Source: Eubacteriales bacterium (lineage in GTDB: Bacteria; Bacillota; Clostridia; Oscillospirales; CAG-382). Taken from it: a stretch of DNA of 52,751 nt. How positions within the stretch are numbered: the stretch's first letter is position 1; every line of letters starts with the position of its first letter. The notes under the pieces were generated by a model, which searched no databases, was not told where the DNA came from, and saw only the letters and a list, made by a program, of their open reading frames with translations. Below are positions 48,502 to 52,751 of this stretch, one piece after another. The position numbers and the translations under genes were made by a program. The DNA is taken from assembly GCA_045651785.1 (NCBI GenBank), contig JAZRTE010000049.1, positions 1-52,751 of the forward strand, read 5' to 3'.

Positions 48502-48532
48502 AAAAACGACAGGCCACACGCCTGCCGTTTTT
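48502..48532. terminator. Terminator closing the NAD operon (probably bidirectional)
   Basis: AAAAACGACAGGC / GCCTGCCGTTTTT; the single mismatch becomes a G-U pair on the minus strand. Confidence 0.75.
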
Positions 48533-48552
48533 GTTTAAGGAGAAACCAACCG

Positions 48553-49296
48553 TTATGCTTTCGTTTCGATTTTGGGATCGAAAATAGGCATAAGCTGAAG
48601 CTTGAACAGATTTGCATTGTGCTTTCGGTCGATAATTGCCTTTTTGTTTTCGTCATCGATTTCGCCGGTTCTGATGTATTTATCGAGCTCGGCATAGGTA
48701 AAGCCAAGATTGTCCTCATCGCTCTTTCCGCAAAGTCCGTCAATCGGCACCTTATCGACCAATTCCTCGGGAAGATCGAGAGCATACCCGATTTTCTTAA
48801 CCTCGTCAACCGTAAGCTTGGACATCGGACTGAAATCGCCGACGGAATCGCCGTAGCGAGTCGAGTATCCCACCCAATCCTCGGAAAGATTGCAGGTGTT
48901 GCAAACCCTGCCGTTACAGCTTTGAGAAACGGCGTAAAGCGTCGACATTCTAATTCGCGGAGGAAGGTTTTGTTTAGACTGCGCGGTAATTTCAAGCTCG
49001 TTCGGAAGATTTTCGAGAATTGCATCGACGGCGGATTTTATGTTTATTACGTAATGCTTTATCCCCAAATGATTAACGAGCATAAACGCTTTATCGATAT
49101 CGTGCTGTTCGCCTTGGGGCATAAGCACACCGATAACGCGATCCTTGCCCAAAGCTTCAACGCAAAGCGCCGCGGCAACCGAGCTGTCCTTGCCTCCCGA
49201 AATGCCCAATACGGCATTGCAACCCTTTCCGTTAGCCTCGAAAAAATCACGAATCCATTGAACACATTCGTTTTTTACCTTTTCTGCGTTAAACAT
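48553..49296 (-). CDS. nadE: NH3-dependent NAD+ synthetase (no glutaminase domain)
   Basis: LGISGGKDSS, NLPPRIRM, NTCNLSE, GYSTRYGD, DEDNLG; 247 aa. Confidence 0.93.
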   Translation of the reverse strand: MFNAEKVKNECVQWIRDFFEANGKGCNAVLGISGGKDSSVAAALCVEALGKDRVIGVLMPQGEQHDIDKAFMLVNHLGIKHYVINIKSAVDAILENLPNELEITAQSKQNLPPRIRMSTLYAVSQSCNGRVCNTCNLSEDWVGYSTRYGDSVGDFSPMSKLTVDEVKKIGYALDLPEELVDKVPIDGLCGKSDEDNLGFTYAELDKYIRTGEIDDENKKAIIDRKHNANLFKLQLMPIFDPKIETKA

Positions 49297-50765
49297 TAAA
49301 AATCACCTCCGTTCAGACGCTGTCTGATTTCGTTTAAGGTATAGTCCTTTATCATCTTGCCGTCCTTAAATACGGTTTTCAAAAGGTTTCCGTCGGGAAT
49401 ATCTGCAGAAGTGTATCCGTCTTTATACTTCAAAACGCCGTCTTCCTCGTAAACGTAGCAAAGTCCCTTTTGGCTCTTTTTGAATCCGCCGTCTTTAGGA
49501 TTTTTGAATACGGGATAGCATTTGCCGTCGACCTCGGCATAGCAAGCCTTGATGCAGGAGCTGAAGGTGTCACGGGTGAAGGGCTTCAAGATATTATCCT
49601 CCTCAATACAGTGCATCGAGAACGAGCCGACACCCAATGCGACGTTAGAACACGCAAAGCCCGCATTTTTGAGGATTTCGTAAATTTCTTCACAGCGTTG
49701 AACGGTTATGCTGTCGCCGTAAATTGCCTTTACGTGAGGGTCGAGAACCTTATATCCCTTGGAGTTGACCGTTCCGCCGAACTGCTCCCAAAGCTTAAAT
49801 ACGGTTTTGGTAACGACCTCAACGCAATCGCCCGAATCGCCTCTCATAAGCATACAGCCGTTGTGCGCCATAATCTCATCGTGAAGCTGAGGAAGAATAT
49901 TGTCGATAACGTTCCAATAATCATAGCTGTCAAGAACGCAGGAAAAGCTTGTGTTGGGATAAAGCTCGGTCAGCATTTTACGAAGGAAGGTTATTTCGTC
50001 GCCGTCAACCGCGTAATTCGAGCACATTACGAAATGCTCGGTCGAAACCGAACCGAACGCAACAGGTTCCTTCGTGCAGTCGCAATTAAAGATATTTTCC
50101 AAATAAGGAATTGCAGGTACGGTTGCGGTCAGCAGGAAGGATAAGCACCAGCCCGCACCCGCCATAAGCGCCGCATCAACGCACATATCACCGCGAAAAT
50201 CGAATGCGCCTAAAGCTCTTGCGCGGGGAACGTCATCCTCGACCGTTTCGGCATAATACTTATTTACAATATCCCGATAGGTCTTTCCGACCGTTGCGGT
50301 TATTTGCGGATACCACATTTCTGCGGAAATAAGGCTTTCAAGTGCTTGGGGCAGCCACGCGAAATCGTCATGAGTGTTGGTAATACCGAACATCGGAACG
50401 TGAACGGGAACCATCGTTCCCTCGGGAAGCGCAATTATTTCGATGGGAAGGTAACCCAATCTGTGAAGCTTTCTTATCTTTTCGGTTCCGTAAATGCCTT
50501 TTCCGAGAGTCGCATCCAAAACGCGTGTGTATTCGCCGACAACCTCATCCTCGGAAAGTTCGAAAAAGTTTTCATTGAAATAATCGATAAGCCAGGTTTT
50601 GCAAAACATCTGCACACCGAACATAACGACCTTGCCCCAGCGGTTTACACGGCTCATCCGAGGAGTGTAATAAGACATCGATTTTGTCATTTTCGGATTT
50701 ATCATATCGCTGTGAACGGTTTTATAAAAATCGCACAGCAGCATCGGATTTATATTTTTGCTCAT
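49296..50765 (-). CDS. NAMPT/NadV-fold pyridine phosphoribosyltransferase (Namat-like; substrate uncertain)
   Basis: DFYK, FDFRG, STEH, DSYD, RGDSGD, IYGDSIT, GVGS, RDT, KKSQKG; GAGGAG RBS before ATG 50765. Confidence 0.9.
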   Translation of the reverse strand: MSKNINPMLLCDFYKTVHSDMINPKMTKSMSYYTPRMSRVNRWGKVVMFGVQMFCKTWLIDYFNENFFELSEDEVVGEYTRVLDATLGKGIYGTEKIRKLHRLGYLPIEIIALPEGTMVPVHVPMFGITNTHDDFAWLPQALESLISAEMWYPQITATVGKTYRDIVNKYYAETVEDDVPRARALGAFDFRGDMCVDAALMAGAGWCLSFLLTATVPAIPYLENIFNCDCTKEPVAFGSVSTEHFVMCSNYAVDGDEITFLRKMLTELYPNTSFSCVLDSYDYWNVIDNILPQLHDEIMAHNGCMLMRGDSGDCVEVVTKTVFKLWEQFGGTVNSKGYKVLDPHVKAIYGDSITVQRCEEIYEILKNAGFACSNVALGVGSFSMHCIEEDNILKPFTRDTFSSCIKACYAEVDGKCYPVFKNPKDGGFKKSQKGLCYVYEEDGVLKYKDGYTSADIPDGNLLKTVFKDGKMIKDYTLNEIRQRLNGGDF

Positions 50766-50775
50766 AACGTTCTCC

Positions 50776-51573
50776 TCAAAGTGCAATTTTTTCGATTCTT
50801 TCGTGATCTTTTGTAAGTATGCTGTCGGTCGTAAATACCTTTTCAATAAGACCGCTTGTAAGCACCTCACCCTCGAAAACCGTGTTTTCGCAATGAGTTA
50901 TATACAAATAAATTTTACGGGCGCCCAATTCCTTAAGATGCTTCGCCGCGAAATAAAAGGTTCCGCCGCGCGAGCATATATCGTCAACGATAAGGATGTT
51001 TTTGCCCTTGATATTCTCAACGTCACCCGCAACGTCAAGTCCCAAAATGGTTCCGCTCTTCCAATCGCGTTTTTTAATTCCAAACGCATAAGGAAGCGGT
51101 ATCATGCCCGAATAACGCTTGCCCGAACCCTCGTCGGGATAGAACAGCGAGGGTGTTTCGCCCTCGATTTCTTCGATTTTGCATATAGCGTCCTCGATAT
51201 ATTCTTGGGGCTTTTTAACAATAATATTGTCAATCAACGCCTCGCTCACGCTTGAATGGGGGTCAAGCACCGTTACGGCTTTAAAGCCCAAGCCGTTAAT
51301 GACGTTTGCGAAATATTTAAGGGTAAATACGTCCTCACCGCTTTTAACTCGGTCTTGTCTTGCGTTGGGGATATAGGGCATATAAAGACGTATGTTTTCC
51401 TTGCCCTGCGCTTTTAAATGGTTCGCGAGAAATATGATCGCAACCAATTCTCTGTCGTTTTCATAAAACCACGAAAGAGTTATTTCATCCGCTTCGGGCG
51501 CTTTTTGCTTTATAAGCATCGTTCCGTCGGGGAAAGCTCCGAGCGCAACTTCGTTTCCGTTAAGCTTTATCAT
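50776..51573 (-). CDS. Short ribose-phosphate pyrophosphokinase-like protein (Adps-like)
   Basis: FPDG, PYIPNARQDR, DPHS, PDEG..KRY, KKRD, VDDICSRGGTF, TH; only 265 aa. Confidence 0.88.
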   Translation of the reverse strand: MIKLNGNEVALGAFPDGTMLIKQKAPEADEITLSWFYENDRELVAIIFLANHLKAQGKENIRLYMPYIPNARQDRVKSGEDVFTLKYFANVINGLGFKAVTVLDPHSSVSEALIDNIIVKKPQEYIEDAICKIEEIEGETPSLFYPDEGSGKRYSGMIPLPYAFGIKKRDWKSGTILGLDVAGDVENIKGKNILIVDDICSRGGTFYFAAKHLKELGARKIYLYITHCENTVFEGEVLTSGLIEKVFTTDSILTKDHERIEKIAL

Positions 51574-51575
51574 AA

Positions 51576-52106
51576 TTATTCTCCAATCACGTTAACCTGA
51601 CACATCTTCATCGTTGTAAGCGCGGCTTTATGGCTGTCAACCGTCACACCTGCACAGCAGGATGCATCGACGCTTACCTTCGCTTCAAGGAAATTGGCTT
51701 TCAACAAAAGCGCGTTGGACACAACGCAAATATCGGTGCAAAGTCCGATAAGCTCGATTTCAAGCTCGGTCGCGCCGTAATTCGCCTTGATATACTCGGG
51801 TAACTCGGTCGAGCCGAAGGTAGGCTTTTCAATCGACGCATATTCCCTTCCGTCAAGTGCCGCTTGAACCTTTTCGTTAAGCTTCCAACCGTCGGTACCT
51901 TTTATGCAGTGCGGTACGGGAAGATTTTTGCCCTCTTGGGTTTCCATATAGTTTTCAAAGTGGGTATCGTAGGTGACGATAACGTCGCCGTCGAAGCTTT
52001 TGATTTTGTTCACAACGTTATCCACGATAGCAACCGCTTCATTTGAACCGAGCGCGCCGTCGACAAAATCATTTTGTACGTCTACAACAATTAAAAGCTT
52101 TTTCAT
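51576..52106 (-). CDS. pncA: Nicotinamidase (isochorismatase/cysteine hydrolase family)
   Basis: VVDVQNDF (Asp), DTH and PHC metal ligands, EKPTF (Lys), GLCTDICV (Cys); NAD gene context. Confidence 0.88.
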   Translation of the reverse strand: MKKLLIVVDVQNDFVDGALGSNEAVAIVDNVVNKIKSFDGDVIVTYDTHFENYMETQEGKNLPVPHCIKGTDGWKLNEKVQAALDGREYASIEKPTFGSTELPEYIKANYGATELEIELIGLCTDICVVSNALLLKANFLEAKVSVDASCCAGVTVDSHKAALTTMKMCQVNVIGE

Positions 52107-52130
52107 AATATTTTTCTCCTTTGAATAAGT

Positions 52131-52751
52131 CTATATTGGTTTTCTTTTAAATAATCTCGCAGGTCTGTGCCCTGCGCCCTCGGTAAATTCGTCGGTTTCT
52201 TCAACAAGACTTGCCGTTTTTCTTCGGAAGTTTGCCGTTAACAGCGTATCATTCAACAAGGTTTCCTGCACTTTTTGCAATGCGGCAAGCGTGAACTTTT
52301 CGGGCAAGAAATCGAAGGTTATATCAAACCGTTCGGCTTCGCTTCGCATAACCAAAAGCGCGGTGGCGATAATTTTTGAATGGTCAAAGGCAAGGCCGGT
52401 GTCCTTTTGTATCTCAAATTGGCTTTTACCGAATTTACGCTCGGTTTCTAAAAGCTCAACCCGAATTTTTTCGTCGCCGTTGATAAAATCTATTGAAAAT
52501 CGGTTTTCGCCCAAGCTCTTGAAATCCACCTCAAACCATTGCGCCATTATTGCATCTCCGCCGCCCGATATTTTAACGGTTTCGGCATTGACTACCGATG
52601 CAAAGGCGTTTGAAACGATCCTTCCGCGCGGATCGCGGTCGGGCTTGCTGAACACACCGACAGGCAATAAAGAAATAGGTTCAAGATTCGTTTCTTCCTT
52701 GATTTCTCGCAAAGCGCATTCTTCAACGGTTTCATCGGCTTTCAAAAAACC
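52131..52751 (-). CDS. nrtR: NrtR-family regulator (Nudix + winged-helix); 5' end outside the window
   Basis: Nudix box GFLKADETVEECALREIKEETNL, PDRDPRGR, LAFDH, FLPEKFTL, NFRRK, GHRPARLF. Confidence 0.92.
   Translation of the reverse strand, partial: GFLKADETVEECALREIKEETNLEPISLLPVGVFSKPDRDPRGRIVSNAFASVVNAETVKISGGGDAIMAQWFEVDFKSLGENRFSIDFINGDEKIRVELLETERKFGKSQFEIQKDTGLAFDHSKIIATALLVMRSEAERFDITFDFLPEKFTLAALQKVQETLLNDTLLTANFRRKTASLVEETDEFTEGAGHRPARLFKRKPI

Noticed and set aside
50766-50870. 35-aa N-terminal extension of the NAMPT-fold ORF
   Set aside because: Overlaps the Prs-like gene; the RBS supports ATG 50765
48553-52751. NAD cluster as part of a prophage or mobile island
   Set aside because: No phage, integrase or att features in the window and no obvious compositional shift by eye. 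The region beyond the right edge cannot be seen.
1-52751. tRNA, rRNA, CRISPR arrays, riboswitches, IS elements
   Set aside because: Intergenic gaps are short and explained by promoters or terminators. None was recognised by eye; an Infernal/Rfam scan would be needed to exclude small RNAs.

Overview
Chromosomal, mostly housekeeping DNA from a Clostridia-type Bacillota genome, probably an anaerobic gut lineage (inferred from gene content and order). I saw no rRNA, tRNA, CRISPR array, transposase, integrase or phage gene. 1-18.6 kb is one co-oriented minus-strand string: trmH-family, dprA, topA, plsX, rnc, radical SAM, smc, ftsY, rdgB, cdaA, cdaR, recJ, relA (relA runs off the left edge and is missing from the ORF track). 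The middle holds DUF1385-prmC, an RNHCP protein with a coupled membrane protein, an orphan MazF/NdoA toxin with no adjacent antitoxin, surface proteins, nnrD-lipoprotein-alr, a sugar oxidoreductase/isomerase pair, murB-whiA-dnaE-PBP1A, ygiQ-VOC, perR-rubrerythrin with a palindromic operator, a ClC transporter and lipoproteins. The most interesting element is the right-end operon nrtR-pncA-(short Prs-like)-(NAMPT-fold)-nadE. Its core pair resembles the phage NARP1 enzymes Adps and Namat. Its visible part has no NMN/NaMN adenylyltransferase, and the NAMPT-fold enzyme has Ala where the nicotinamide-selecting Asp normally sits. I infer a candidate bacterial, nicotinate-using (deamidated) route that rebuilds NAD+ directly from ADP-ribose. 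This is a hypothesis from motifs and gene context only.
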